This document shows, piece by piece, positions 49,401 to 63,687 of a stretch of DNA of 64,000 nt (its first letter is position 1; every line of letters starts with the position of its first letter). The position numbers were made by a program, and so were the translations under genes. The DNA is from Raillietiella orientalis (Eukaryota), in contig JAYWIR010000017.1 in NCBI GenBank assembly GCA_036172245.1, forward strand, positions 868,001 through 932,000, read 5' to 3'. The notes beneath the pieces are model-generated. The model was not told where the DNA came from. It was given only the letters and a program-made list of their open reading frames with translations, and searched no databases.

Positions 49401-51109
49401 GTCACAACTTTTCCTGGTCTCTCCCGTGTTTCATCATTCCTAGCTAACAAAAAATCAACAATATGCAGAGCATGCGGTCATGAGTTCATCGGGTGTCACA
49501 GCGCTATTCGAAAGAAGTGGCTCCTTTGCTTCGGCAAAAATCCAACTTTCCGTAGAGGAACATTTCATAGAGCGGCTCTCGAAGTCAAAAAGAGGAAAAG
49601 CAGATGTGACACCAATGCTGCACATTTGCTGGAGAAGGAGGAAACGGAAAATGCTTCTCCGGAGGCATAATCGTCTAATGTAATCGGCAATAAGGGGAAT
49701 TAGACCCACACAACTCGTGGTCGCATAGTACTACGCGGGTGTGCAATGTGTACAGATACGTAATTACATACAGAGTAATCGCCACGTGATAAATTGTCTG
49801 GGATTTTGGATGCGTCGTGAAAACGATGATCGATTTTCCTTGGAATAAAGAAACTTTGTATGTGATCCGGAGGCCGGTTTCGCTTTCTGCCTCGTATGCT
49901 CTCAACTCGAATCCTTCCAGGATTCAGAAAGCTAAGGCAATGAGTACCAGAATCGATAACTGTCTCCCTGGCTACTCGAATTGTTTAAAATTGGAGAATC
50001 GGAGTCAAGATGCAACGCAGGAATTGAAATAACAAGATCTGGAAATGTCTGCTCGAAGCTGAATTGCTCCTTGAGTTCGTGTTTTTTTTGAGCAAGAAGC
50101 TCCGTTTGCTACGACGAGGCTCAGGAGGCAGAAGAAGGAATTTGGGAGCTATGGGGATTTGGACGGAAAAACCCTGGGAACAATTTTCTTGTAACAGCAG
50201 GCATTGCGAAGGAGTCATCAGATATGTTGCCAAATGACATTTGAAATCAATTAGATCGCTTTCTGAAACTCACGGAAGTAAGACACAAGACAGTGGCATT
50301 CAGAAGACGGTCCAACTTCTCAAGGACGTTCCAAGATTTTCCCATTTTAATTTCTACTTTTAAACTGATTCGAATTTTTAGGTTCAGAATGCTTCTCAGA
50401 TGGTGAACAGCTGCCGCTGTTGGTTCTCTGGGTACCTTCCTCCAAACCCCTGGCAGGATTGGGTTTCCAGCATACAAGGAAGTAGGGAGAACGCATCTGT
50501 GTACTAATCTCATTCATATGAATTTACATATATCGTCCGTGGACTCGGGGATTGGCTTTCTATGAAGGTTGGGGCGTCCCTTGCGATTTCGCGGTGTAGA
50601 GCCTACCCGTTCTACACACATGACTTGGACTTCGTGTGCTCGAGAAAGTCAAGGGCATTCCTGTAGCATCTGGAGGACCAATGGTTAAGCAGAATCACCT
50701 GTGAGGACTGTGCTCTTCTTCCACTGCCTCTTCGACTACCGCTGGATAGCACTGCATGCTGAGATCGATCTCTTTCCATTTGCTTCTTTCCACCTTCCGG
50801 TCACGTAACATCCGGAAGCGTAAGTGATTTCAGGATTCCCCAGGGATGATTTCCTGAACGGTGCGATCGAGATCTAGAGAGTGGTCAGTGGTTGCAATTT
50901 TATAGCTATTTCTCGGGTGCCTCGAGCGTATCGAAGTTTAAGCAGAACATCTTAAGAGGCAACACTCTGAAATGGAGTCCTATTGAGTGAGGAAGGTAGC
51001 CACTAACAGCTCTTTCCCGATCGATTTCTCTTTGAAAATCTCGAAGGTGTTTATGAGCTTTATAAGTCCATTCTCAAAAGGAGTGAACCAGAAGTCTTTG
51101 AGTGCCAAT

Positions 51110-51480
51110 TGCTTGTTTTGTGGAACTCTCCGACAATCTCGCTCCGATCCCATGGTGAGGTGCAGCCATTCCTCAACATTTCAGGAAAAATTGCGCCTTC
51201 TGAAAGTGGGAACTCACAGAGAGATGGAACAGGTGTTCCGTTTTTAGGAGAAATTTCCGTCAGGGGTAGCTTTCGAGACCTTAGTTATCTCGAAGCGTTT
51301 CCGCTGAACTTGTGAGGTCGCAGCCTCCGAGTTTCTTTGCGACCTTCATTCACTGCAAAAACCACTATCAACCTCGGGATCTTTCGATCAGGTTCCTGGA
51401 TCGGGGTCTTGGACAAACCTTGAACAGTGTATCTCCAGAAACTCTCGGAGTGTCTCATCTTGCAGGATACAGCAGAATCC
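51110..51480 (+). pseudogene. Possible NACHT N-terminal remnant
   Basis: VELSDNLAPIPW, then VPGSGS-like and CLILQDTAE (Walker-B-like) pieces; weak. Confidence 0.18.
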
Positions 51481-53283
51481 AGTAGAGATCGGACTGAAAT
51501 CCGCTGATGGCATCGGAGACAGCGCTTTCTCTGTTGCCTTCGCTACTGCGAGGTTTCAGTGTCTCATCAAGGGGTCCCGCTTTGTGCACGACAGCTACGT
51601 TGTTCACTCACTATCTTTGTACACCACGAGGTTTCTGCCGTCTCTTTTTCTTTTCTTTTGTCTTCCTGAGAGCTCGTGAAGCTCTTTCCATGTCTGTTCG
51701 ATTCAGAAAAGCCGTGCCGCGATAGAGTTCCTTCTGATAGAGTCGTCCTGCATCCACCTTCACCCAGGACTCATGCCACTTCCCCTCATCATCACTCATT
51801 TTCCGTTCTGCCCTCCTGTCAGACGAGGAAGGGATGGTTTTTACTTCCTTTTCCAGGACAGAAGTCAGGACGGCAGCAAAGTTTTCCTTCTTTCAAGACA
51901 CCACGGATTGCCCAACGTTCTAAAAAATGCCCTCTGAACGAAATCCAATAAGAAGCCGACAAATCCCTCCATCCAAGAAAAACTGGTCAGGAGGCATTTT
52001 CCAAAAAAATTCCTATCCGCGCATCACTTAGAGCTTTCCGAAGGGCAGATGGCGGAGAGGCTCTCCCTCCCACTCCCGAGACGGAGTCTAGGAAGCGAGC
52101 AGACTGTCCGATAGGAGCAGCAGCTTCCAGAGGGAACGGCCCCACTGCGGGAAGCAGGATCCTGGGATGCCTGGGAAGAAGGAGACAGCCTGACCAACCG
52201 AATGAGCTGAGCGCCTGCGCCAGCGAGGATGGATCTGCTATCTCTTGCATAGAGGAACGAGAACGACACAAGGCTCACGTTCTCCGAGAGATCAGGAAGT
52301 GCTTTTGAGTTGACTTGCTCCAGGAGTCACAAGTGAGAAGATGCCTCTGAAAGAAAGAGGGCCGCAAGAAACACAATGTTTCGAGTTTCATCCTTCTGCT
52401 TCCTCCTTTTTTTGCTTCATTCACCATCAATCTTCACGTGCTTTGCAGAGTCCTCTCTTCCTGCTTGCTCTCCGTCCAGGGACATCTGGCCACTGGAGAT
52501 GCGAAAAGCCTTACGGGCTTACATTCCAACGTTACCAGCAAGCGTTTAGCGCCTATCATTGAAAGTCGGGCGCACGGACATTTTCGGACTGTTCAAAGTT
52601 GAAGGTATGGCAATGCTGCAGAGCACCCGTAGCACTCACTGGAAGCAAGAAACCAGAGCATATGAGCGTGCTCTTTCTCAAAAAAAAAAAAAAAAAAGAT
52701 CCGCTCTTCCATTTTGGTGCACTCAACAGCAACCCAACTGCTATAGAATCACAAAGGAAGAAGTCCGGAGAAACGCCACAGAAATGGCACTGGAATAAAA
52801 TCTGCGGAGATAGGTAGCAGCGCATAGATAGGTTGCCACACATGGGTACTCACATGTAAACATCCACGCTCATTTCACGCGCGTTCACGTGTGATTTGCA
52901 ACGGCAACGGCTAAAAAGATAACAACAGCCATAAAAGGAACAAGTAGAACCCCCCATGATCTCAAAAACTTTGAAAACTCCTGTTGGAATTACGTGAAAT
53001 CCACCCGATAATTTTTCGAATGGAATTCTCACGGTGTTCCGTTTCATCTCCAGGTTACGTCTCGGCGATGTGAAAATAGTAAGCTTGGGGTTGCCGTCCA
53101 TTCAATGTGGAGGAAAGAAAACTTACGTACATCCAGTCAAATAATTTACCGTTATTTTCGCATTGCCCATGTCTTTTCTCTCGCAAGTGTTTGCGGCTGA
53201 GAGCGAGTCAGTTGTACAGTTTCCGCGCACTCTACTGCTGCTTGACAGAGTTTTGGGGCGATGCGAAGCCACTTATTCACATC

Positions 53284-53356
53284 GTTTCCGTAGTGTAGTG
53301 GTTATCACGTTCGCCTAACACGCGAAAGGTCCCCGGTTCGAGCCCGGGCGGAAACA
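53284..53356 (+). tRNA. tRNA-Val(AAC): tRNA-Val (anticodon AAC, 53317-53319)
   Basis: 73-nt cloverleaf: acceptor GTTTCCG/CGGAAAC, anticodon stem TTCGC/GCGAA, T-arm CCCGG-TTCGAGC-CCGGG. No intron and no encoded CCA; essentially the canonical metazoan tRNA-Val(AAC). Confidence 0.98.
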
Positions 53357-53366
53357 AGCGCACTGC

Positions 53367-53372
53367 TTTTTT
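53367..53372 (+). terminator. RNA Pol III oligo-dT terminator of tRNA-Val
   Basis: T6 run starting 11 nt after the tRNA 3' end. Confidence 0.85.
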
Positions 53373-56300
53373 GTCTTGGTGTGTGTGTGTGGATTCCCTT
53401 CCGCAGTCGGAATAGTTCCGCACTGCCACGCCCGTGGCGTTCCCGTCTCCCATGAAAGGTTGCCATGACGAAAAGTTTTTTTTTCGCTCACGTGATTTCC
53501 GGCTTTCGTATGAGCTGGCTCCTCAGTATCCTGCTTCGTGATGTCCTCCGTAGAGTAGGTAGCGTTCCTGCGTAAAAATTCCCTGGAAACTAGGGGATCA
53601 GTTCCTCGTAGGTAGCTTAAAATGATGATGAACCTCTTTGCAACCTTTTGAGGCAGAGAAAGGTGCTATTTCAGAAAATTACCCTACAAAGATAGGTGAC
53701 TACCTTTTTCTAGAAGCAAGAAGTGTTCTTGGCGGCTTGTGAACGCATCCAAGGACTTTAAACTGTGATTTCCGTTTTTTTTAAGCGGACTTTTCTTTTG
53801 AACCCCCATGAGCCGGTACCTTGCTGCTTGCATTTTAATCGGAAAACATCTGATCACCAAAGGCATGAGAATACATCGAAAACCGTAATCGGATCATCCC
53901 ATTTACGATGTGAGAAGTCCCAATGTTAAGGCAAATAAATGAGCGTTTCACATGGGTGAAGAAAAGATGTCCGTAAACAACTGGGCAGCACGAGCAGAAG
54001 AATAAAACCGTATAACGAACGATCGATGGGGCTCGCAAATTACTTCTTAGTGATTCTCATAGATTTAACATCTTGCGTCATGTCATATGAAAAAAGGCAT
54101 TAGAAGCGCACCCGTCTTCCAATTTCTTGAAGCCATTCCTTTCCAATAGTTCCAGATTTATGTTCGTGCCTGGTTCATCTCGAGTCCATTAAACCACAGG
54201 TCTTCATCTTTTCGAATAAGGCGATGTCTTGATACATGAGTTCCTACGCGGAAGCCAATTTGGATTATCTGTTAACGCTGCGGATATCATCTCGAGTCCT
54301 GAGCAGTTGATTGTGATTTATGATCACAACGAATCCCGAAGTTTCCTTTCCTTTTCCTTCTTTGATGATCGTCACGTCCTGTTGGAATGCGCCATTATCC
54401 TTTTTTGCTCGTCTCCTTAGCGTGGAGGTGTATTTTATTTTTTGCGTCACCATGAACTCAAAAGATATTTGCATTCAAACGATGCATTTCCATCCTCATC
54501 TTCCCAGGTCCACCTTTCGGCGTGAGCACACCGAAATATTGCGAATTCCGTTCGGTTTTCCGCTTCATTGGGACCACTAATCATCAAGTTTCCTGAGTTG
54601 ACTGCAAAACCTCTTCCTTCCTTCATTTAGCATCAATGAGTAATTTGGAACCACACCTTGTTCCCCCTCCCTCCTTCACACACATCAAAATTCTCATCCT
54701 TCCAAGTAGCCCTGAAAGATTGGTATATACCCGCGATGAACTGGAGATGTTTTCATTACCATTCTTTTGGAGCTGAGGTACCGTTTGACTCGACTAGCAA
54801 GTAGCGGCCATGTTGCATTATCAAAAAAAAAAAAAAAAGAGGAAATTTTTTTTTTAAAAGGACCGAATGAAATTGAATCATGGAATTGCAAATGATGTCG
54901 GTGTTTTTTTCTTTCCTCAAGTAAAATAATTTCTTGCAGTATGGTGCGGAGACATATGGACAATATGATCCTGAAGGTAGTCACAGGAATCCGTTTCAGC
55001 AGACTGTGCATCATAAATTTCTGTTCGTGAAATTGTCCAGGCACGCACAAATGCGCCACAATCGCGGGAAGAATATGAAAAGAGAAGGTTATAGAGAGAG
55101 AGTTTAGATGTTGACGATTGCTGAAACTTACTTCGACCCAGCTTAGACAGAAAGAGATCGTCAACGATTCTGGGTGAGACCCACAGTCGTTGACTACTAA
55201 CCGAATAGAACCAAGTCTACCCCGGATGCAAACAAGGCTGAGAGGAGTTGGTCATATACCCAAAGTCCATTCGTTTCTCACACCAGCAGGTATAAAAAGT
55301 ACAGACCAGTAGTCCATGAGTGAAGTCCATCTAGGGAGGCAGTGTGACGAAGACGTTTAGGGAAGGTGCTACTCATAGATAGAAAGCATTCTGGGGACTA
55401 CATATGTTGCTTAATCGAAGCAAACATTTGCTTAAGTATGCCAGATGCGTAGAGGCAACAGAATCTCATGTTCAGGTCCTCTTCAATGAATACCATATTC
55501 GTATTCAAACTCAAAATTTGGATTTCTGCAAGAAATTCTGCTGCCACTTTATCCTTTAACTTTCGTAGATGGAAAATGAAGTTCTCTCTTCTAAGAGTTT
55601 ACTTAGGACGCACCTGTTCCCTCAAGATACTCCATCAGGAATTGGTCACTCTTGGCACCTTGTTTTTATGGTTTCATACATATGAGTTATTGTGTCACTT
55701 TTCGTTCATCATCAGATTTCATGAGGTCATTACTTTTTACCAAAGAACGATCGAGAGAACTGATGTAACCGAATGAAACTGAGAAGACTTCTTCTGGAAG
55801 ACACTCTTCAACCATGAGAAAGAAGCTGAAGTAAGTACGCTCTAGTAAGGATATTTCTCCATTTAAAAGTTAAATGGGATATTCTAGCTCAAGCAAATAA
55901 TCGTTACTCCACCTCATAAAGAATGGAACTTGGCTGGCATACCTCACTCTGCATGTGTACCTTCATCTGTCTATACTATGGGAATCATCTTTCGTCTCGA
56001 CTTGGGGCAAACTTTGTCGCTTTCTTTTAGCAAACGAAAGGAAAAGAGCTCGCCATTAAAAATCATTTACTGACGATTCTTTTAGACCTTTGATTGCGTA
56101 TATCCATTCTCAGAGGAAGAGCTAGCGTTTTCCTCCTTTCAAAAGACTCTTGATGGAATCCATTTCTGAGATACATTCTGCGATAATCCAGATCAGCGGT
56201 GAACAACGTCTTGAAACTGGTTTCATGTGGCCGCGAACCTCCGACTGATACACTTCTCTAGTATCAATTTGGGCTCTCAAGTTCCCGTCATCATCATCAC

Positions 56301-58899
56301 TTTAGGACTTGCCTTCTAGCAATTCTCCAAGGTGGTAGGCAGTACGCGTTCTTCTTGCTCCACACGAAATTTGTTTCCTAGCCAACCTTCCGGAGCATGA
56401 ATTAAGGAAAAATTCAGCAACAGAAATTACATCACATTATCAAAACGTAATGTTCCCTATCTGTAACAAGTGAAACCCTCCCAAGCCGGTGTACTAATAG
56501 ATATGATTACTCGTTATCAGCTCAAAAATAGCAAAATGCTTTGAAAATATCTGTTGAAATGAGATCCCTCTTACTCATCATCTGAGAAAATTGAAATGAA
56601 TGGGACGAATGCGCATCGAAAACAAAAATTCAGTTTGTGGGTTGCATGCACGTGTTTTGAATATATGGATTCGTTTAAAAAATTCTAATGAAAATTTCAT
56701 GGCTAGTAGGGGATTACTTTTTCGTAGGATGATAATGAAACTGCTCTTTGCAAGCTCTTTGGGGAAGAAAAAGGTGCTTTTTCAGAAAATAGCTCACAGA
56801 CATGAATGACCAATTCTTTAAAAGCTAGGAATGTTCCAGCCAATATGAACGTGTCCAAGTAGCTCAAGCACCGACGACACTTGAAACTGCCATGATTTCT
56901 CATTATTTCAGCCAAGATGAAGACTAAGTATCATTTTTCGACTGGACTGTTTTTTAATGCACTGTTCCCAGCATTCAGAGGCATCAATCACCTTTGGTGA
57001 ATGTTCACTCGCTGCGATGCACTGAGTGCGTTGCGGTGTGGGAACTTTTTGTCATCAACAGCCGCAGGTTGCCCACTGCTGATGTTTATGAAAACCGGAA
57101 ACTCTGGTTTTGCCGACGGCTATCGTTAACAGTGATACTTCCTCTGGAAGATCCGAGTTCAGTTGAAAAAAAATTCATATGCTTTTGAAAAATGCTGCTA
57201 TGTGCGAGGTTTTGCAAAGGGAGTCTTTTTTTAATGCTTCTGAGGGTTTCTTTTGCTGGATTCCCTCCACCCTTTTTCTTTCTGAAGAATCCTATTCCAT
57301 CCTTGATTCATTCTAAACATCCTCTTTAAAAAACGAAGGTCGCTCCGAGTTTGTTTTATAGTTCCTTCTTCTTTTTCCAGACAAAAACCCTCGCTGAAAA
57401 AAAGACATTTGATGCACTGATGGCTCTATTTTTCCACTTAGTTTCCAATCTCCTATTCTATGACTTTCTAATGCTTGGAAACATGCTCTTGATTTACTGC
57501 CGGTAAAAGTCTTCTGGAACCCACGGACTAGTTTTCATCTCCCCATAACCTTTTTACGTTCATTAAACTCTCAGTCACACACTCCTGAATGGACCACGCA
57601 GGTTGAAGTCTGGTGAGGTCCAATTTGGACTGCATACCGAAGGAGGTGTCGCAATCCAGAGAAGTTTTTTAACGGTTTCTGTGGTTCTTGAACCCCCATG
57701 CGATCCTGCGTTATCCTGCAAAGAAAGGCACTTCCATTTCCGGCTCCGTTAGGTTTTACCTAGTCCCACGCGCCGTGAGTGAATTTATTCTTTCTTCTAA
57801 CTTAAATAAGAAACAGTGAGGCAGTAAAGAATAAAGGCCTTCTCCTAACAACACTTTGAACTTTGCCCTTCCTTCTTATGCTTGAAAAATGCTGGAAACA
57901 GTACCAGGAAAAGATGGGTTTGCGGAAGATGGAGGAAAAGGGGATCAGAATAGGGATGGAGTTGGAAGGTGGAAGAAGAAGGGGAAAGGAGGAAGGGGAA
58001 ATTGGAGTCTGCGGCGTATCTCTTTGTTCTGGTCTCTCTGTTTCTTCATGACTTGCTTCTCAGCTTCTTAGGTATTTTCAGAGTATAGCCTTGGGTCTGG
58101 GTGGCACCCTGTCATAGCTTCGCACTCTTCGTGACGAGTTTCTTCCTTCAACATTCCAGTGCTTAAGAGCACGAGTTCGAGGCTTCGGTCTCTTGACCAG
58201 AGCGCTTCTCAAGATGCGACCTCAAGTTTTTCTAGCGGCAGCAGGAACATGACGCTCCCGGTCTGTTTGTGATGAGTGGTGGCCCGGACTACCTTCCGCT
58301 TCCTTTTCAGGTGCTTTGGTGTGGCTTATATCTCGAGAGTGTTCCTCCTGCTCACGGGTGTTTCCACGACCATCGTCATCGCCGCTCTCTGTAACGCCCT
58401 TCGTTTTCGGACTCCATTCTAAACACTGACATCTGACGGTGTGCTCTGCAAATATCTGACCTTGGAATATTCAAATACAATAAACGTCAAATTTCTCCTG
58501 TTCCCGATGATTTCTCGTAGGGAGAGAGGAAGAGAATAAAAGGAAAAATTTATCAGGTATCCCTCTTATTATACGTTCTGCTCTTGTGTATAGACCACAC
58601 TTTATTCTTGAATTTTTTAACAAAACGGTTGGAAAACCTGTCACCTGTGTATCTCTTGCTGATCAAGTTTAATACTAAATTCAGTCTGAGAACATGTGAT
58701 TCAGAAAGGAAAAGAGACAGAAAAGTTAGACTTTGGAAGATGCAGGATGTATTCACTCTCAGACGTTTTATAGTCTCGGACACTTTATTGGACTAGGTTT
58801 TGAAATGTCAGGTTGTTAGTTTCGTATGTTCGTTCGGTAGTGGTCTCCAATCTCTTAGACATTCCGTGGACTATACACGAGGAATTGGAATATGTAAAG

Positions 58900-59200
58900 A
58901 GAACTTGGATATCTTTCCATGAATGCACTAAGACATTTCGAAAGTCCACTGCAGTACAATAACTGGTACCTGAATGTGACGAAACTCTGCATCTTTCAAT
59001 ATCTCCACGACTTCATTATATCTGCCTACATATTCGCATCATCGACACACGGATGCTGTCTCTTTGAGGAGCAAGGACCAGACATCCTTGCATTTGAAAG
59101 TTGGATCTTTGCTATGAGAATCAGTTGGTTTCTTCGACTTGAAGATAGGAGAAAAGATGGTTCCTCACTACACAGTACGAAAGGTAAAGAACTGCACAAG
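58900..59200 (+). pseudogene. Possible ankyrin-repeat remnant
   Basis: SKDQTSLHL, LFEEQGPDILA and DRRKDGSSLH in alternating frames. Confidence 0.22.
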
Positions 59201-61103
59201 AATGTTTAATAAAGACTTAAATTCCAAGTGTATCTCAAAAATAAGGGAATGCAGGAAACGGAATCCAGGGAAAAGACATGCACCAAGTTGACAAATAAAA
59301 CTTAAGAGTGTTTTTTAAAAAAAAATATGAAACCATCTGGAGCATATTGTATACGACATAGAAGACGTGAAGGGCAGGAGTAGAAACCACAATGCCGAGA
59401 ACAGATCAAGAATTTCAAGCGAATGCCGGAGAAAGTCGACTTTCTCGTTACTCTATCTCTTTATTGCATTACGTGGCTGCTAAAAGCGAAAGAATAAACA
59501 TGCAAAACAAAGATGGGAGAAATGACATTGAGATTTGAGAAGTCAAGGGAAACAGACGCAACCTCTTAGGCCAGAAAGAAAGGGAAAATGAGTTTTCGTT
59601 CTTGCCAGGAGCAGAACCCATATGAGACATGAAATCCTAGTGAAAGAATGAAGAGTATTCTCCCTTGATGGACAACAGAAAAAGGCTGCAGTCTCTCTTC
59701 CTTGTAGAGAGACGCTTGAAGAAATCGCACTCTGACACTGAGGCGATTTTTTTCAAAAAGAACGAATCGGATATGTGGGATTTGCTCAGGAAATCGCGAA
59801 ATTTTAATGAATTTGGGATTGCCAAGTGAGCGAGAAAAAAAAGATTGTAAATGACAATTCAGCTTTGATCTGAACAGGCCAAGGAGGGAAAACCACAGCA
59901 TGAATGAAGGCTGAAGAACAGAGAAGCAGTAAGAGACAGTGATCAGTACCGCAAATGTTACTAGGATGATGACTAAAAGGAAAAGGGTGAAGGATAAGAA
60001 ACCAAAAATGACACCAACGAATAAATGAAGGAAGTGAGCACAAGACCAATTTAAAAAAAAAAAAAAAGAATTCTTGCCAAAATCTGCAAGTCTCAGGCAG
60101 CAAAGATGTTTCCAAAACATGAGATATGCTTCTTCTCATCACTTTTCATAAACATAAGTTTTCAGCTATCTGTTTCCCTACATAAGTACTGTTTCGGTCT
60201 GTTTTTCACTACATAAGTACCTTAGCACATTATCCTATTAAAAACATGTAGAGCTGTCAGCTTTGCATCATTCTGTGTATTTGAGTAATTCAGCAATCAG
60301 CACTGCAGAGACCTAGATCAGAACTCACAAGACGAGGTAGAAAAGGGAGATCCAGAATGAGGAAGGTGATCCCGTACTTCTTTCAGAAGACGCTGGCCAC
60401 AAATAGACTCCCTCTCGAATAGAGAAATGATTCGTACCCTGCCACTACTGCTGGTCTCAATTAGGCTTTCGGAATATCCAAAGAGGTTTTCGAATGAAAA
60501 GCTTTCTGCGGTGTCTGTAGCCTCTATTGCATGAATCCTCCACGACGTTTTCCATTGTCTTCCTGTGATATCTATAAATGCTACCTTCTACATCGATCCA
60601 TTGGAAGAAAAACCAAAACGCAGATGCTGTGTATCTTGCAGGAATCTGCTTTTCATCCATCCTTTCGTGGTCCATTCTTGAAAACTAATCAAACGCAAAC
60701 GTATGTGTTTTCTACATCTGGGAAGGAAGGGTCTGATTAAGGAAAATGGCATGCTTGCCTACATTCTTTTCCACAGAATAAAGGGGGCAAGGAACCCTAC
60801 AACCCAATCCAAGAAGTATCTCAAAAGAGCATCCAAAGACGAAAATGCACTGATGTCTTTTGATTATATTCCCACTTCTAAAATTACTATTGTAAATCGC
60901 ACCGGTGCTTCTATGCTAACGCAAGGGAACCATGACTAATCTTCTTATCCTTCTCTTGGAATGTGATTAGAGAATTGGACTGATGATGCTGATCACTTAG
61001 GTGGGAATGACTTCCTGGTTTTTCTTTGGCTCCAGGATCATACGCCAGCATTACCGCTGATACCGATGAAAGGCGCTTCATAGGTATAATCTATATGTTT
61101 GCC

Positions 61104-61308
61104 TTTTGGCAATGAGATCTATACGGAAATTGCCGTTTACTCTAGAAGATCGTATTTTTTTTTTGTCTTCACAGTTGGTACCAATAAAAAAGGAGTACAT
61201 AATCTATCAGAATTTGTCTGTTGGAATTTAACCGCAATCGTCGATTGAGAAGTGCAAAGAAATCGATTTTCTCAAATTACTACGATTAATTCTTAATGAA
61301 TTAAATTA
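61104..61308 (+). repeat. AT-rich dispersed repeat, copy A
   Basis: Aligns with 63199-63480 (ggcaatgaga..cggaaattg..gaagatcgtat..ataaaaaaggag..ctatcagaatttgtc..ttctcaaat..ttaattcttaat). Confidence 0.85.
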
Positions 61309-63198
61309 TATGCCGAGAACACGGTGTTTCCATGACAGAGTCATTTTTTAATGCATTTATATCTTTGAGTAGGTCCGAAAATTATTAATCGTTCTTATGA
61401 AATTGTGATTTTGCTTCCAGGGATTAGATTCTTTTCTGTATGACTGTGAATCACATATTCACTTGATTTAATTGTGTCAAGGTCCAACTTTGTGCTTATA
61501 CCTTTAGTGTGGTATAGCCTTCTCATTGAAAATCATCTGTTATGAATCATATGGAAAAGTCATTCGTCGGTTGTTTGAAAATGTACATATCTATATAAGA
61601 AGCATTTTTTTCTTGGAATTGGTGAGATCCACCAGTGAGAATTCTCTTGATGAGAGTAGGGTTCCTTTGAATTCATTTGTTTATGAAAATTTAAGGCTGA
61701 TTTTCAACGAACACTCCATTCTCCTAATTGAGTCTGAAAAGCAGTCTTATCCTTCTCTTTTTAACATACTCTGAACGCTAGTTCTTTTATCTTTTCTACT
61801 TGAAGCTGAATCTGGTCGCTCATCTTATTCTACAGAACAGAAAAAAATTAATCTTCATGAACCTTATCAATTTTTTTTTTTCTTCTGATTTTCATGAGCC
61901 TCCAGATTCTACTAACATCATCAAAGCTTGAGGATTCTACGCTTCGTCCTAATGAAATAATGGAAGACTTACAACATGATCCACTTTGAAATGAGGATTT
62001 CACCTTGTATTTTCCTAACTCTGAATAATATAGGGATCATTAAACACGCATGAAACCAGACAGATTTTTTTTTTTTTTTTTTTTTCACAAAAAAGATGAA
62101 AGCAGCTTTTTTTTAGTTTCGAGATGAAATAGCAAACAGATTCGAAAAGGAATCCTGGAATTCTGAATTCTGAAGGAAATCCCAATTTTCGTTTTGAAAA
62201 GCTCCCTCAAAAGATTGTGACTATGTATTCTTCCAAACAAAAGCAATCTACCTGCATTCCGTGTACACAGAGGCAAATGTTTGCTTTTAAACTTGTTTTC
62301 AAATAACTGATCCGAGTAAAGCTCTCAAGCAAAGTTTGAGGAAAGGGGGCAAATCCGAAATGCAAGAGAAGATGATCCCTTCAAAGCAAATTTGGAAGCC
62401 ATTCATTCACTGGGCATATGCAGAGCAGTGATAGCATTGAAGATGTCCTATAGGAAGGAATGGAATTGGGAGTGAAAGCTTGATGCACGCGGAATATCGA
62501 TTTTTAATTGTCACCAGGAGTTGATAAAGGGAAAACCAATATTAGAAAACCAGATCCAAAAGAGTTCAAACACTAAAATTGCTTTTCCTATTGAAATTTG
62601 AAAGGGTTGGGAAGTGTTTGAGATGCACAGAGGGGATATGTCGATTTCTTTGTCGACTTCCTCTCGTTTTCCAAAATGAACCTGGCTATGCGTTTCCCTT
62701 TGTGAGTAAGACCGAAGGGTTTTCCTACTTTCTGTTGGTACATCATGTTCCATAAACTCCTATATGAAGCTAGAATACTTAGCAAGAATAATTCGAGGAA
62801 CTGGAATATACAGGTTCAACATTATTTAAAGTACAACGATGATCTATTCCCTTTTTCTGACATGAGACGGCAAATGCATATAGCTTTCGAGCTTTATTAT
62901 GATGAAGTAAACAAGCTAAATATATTTTTTAGAAACAGAAGACACTCGGGAAGAAATGGACTTGCATATTTCATTACTGGAGTCTTGTAAGGTTTGACAT
63001 TGGGTAGTTATTAATAGCAATAATTGGGAAGAATTATTAAAGCTTTGGGTAAATAAGATGCAGTCTTCAATATCTCTTCTTACAAAATGTTATCAAGCTT
63101 GTATTATGGTTTTTATATTTGAAGACTTATCTGCTCAAGTAAACTGAAATGAAGGGATTAGAAATGCTATCAGAATATTCATATAATCAATAATCTGC

Positions 63199-63480
63199 TT
63201 TTAGGCAATGAGAGCTGGCATGCGGAAATTGCGGTTTGCTCTTGAAGATCGTATGTTTATTCATTTATGTACGTTCATTCTTTCTCGCAACACATGTCCT
63301 GGCATTGCTGGATACAACTTCAGAAGATCGTATCTGTGGTCTTCACAATCAGCTCGCATAAAAAAGGAGAAAACACTCTATCAGAATTTGTCCGCCGGAA
63401 TTGAATCCCAATTATTAATTCAGAACTGCAAGAAAGTCGAAATTTCTCAAATAACTGCAGTTAATTCTTAATTAATTACA
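63199..63480 (+). repeat. AT-rich dispersed repeat, copy B (80 bp extra between two gaagatcgtat motifs)
   Basis: Aligns with 61104-61308; gaagatcgtat occurs at 63244 and 63324. Confidence 0.85.
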
Positions 63481-63687
63481 TAATCAAACCAGTAAATATA
63501 TCTTAACCCAACTCCTTGGATCCGATTTTTGTTACCAAACGAAGCTACAGTTCCACACTAATTTGGTCCGGTACTGAAATAACTAACACTACCATCCGAA
63601 TGGAAAGATCTTTATTTTGAAATGATTCATCAGAATATGAGAAGTTTTTGCTCATCGTAACTACTCTGATTTATAAAAATGCCTTTA

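Noticed and set aside
57750..58450. 3' end of an LTR retrotransposon (purine tract and AATAAA on the minus strand)
   Set aside because: No second LTR, PBS or RT/integrase motifs seen in the window.
59566..60142. Hydrophobic 184-aa minus-strand ORF suggesting a membrane protein
   Set aside because: Phe/Leu richness is the antisense shadow of an A-rich plus strand that includes a poly-A run.
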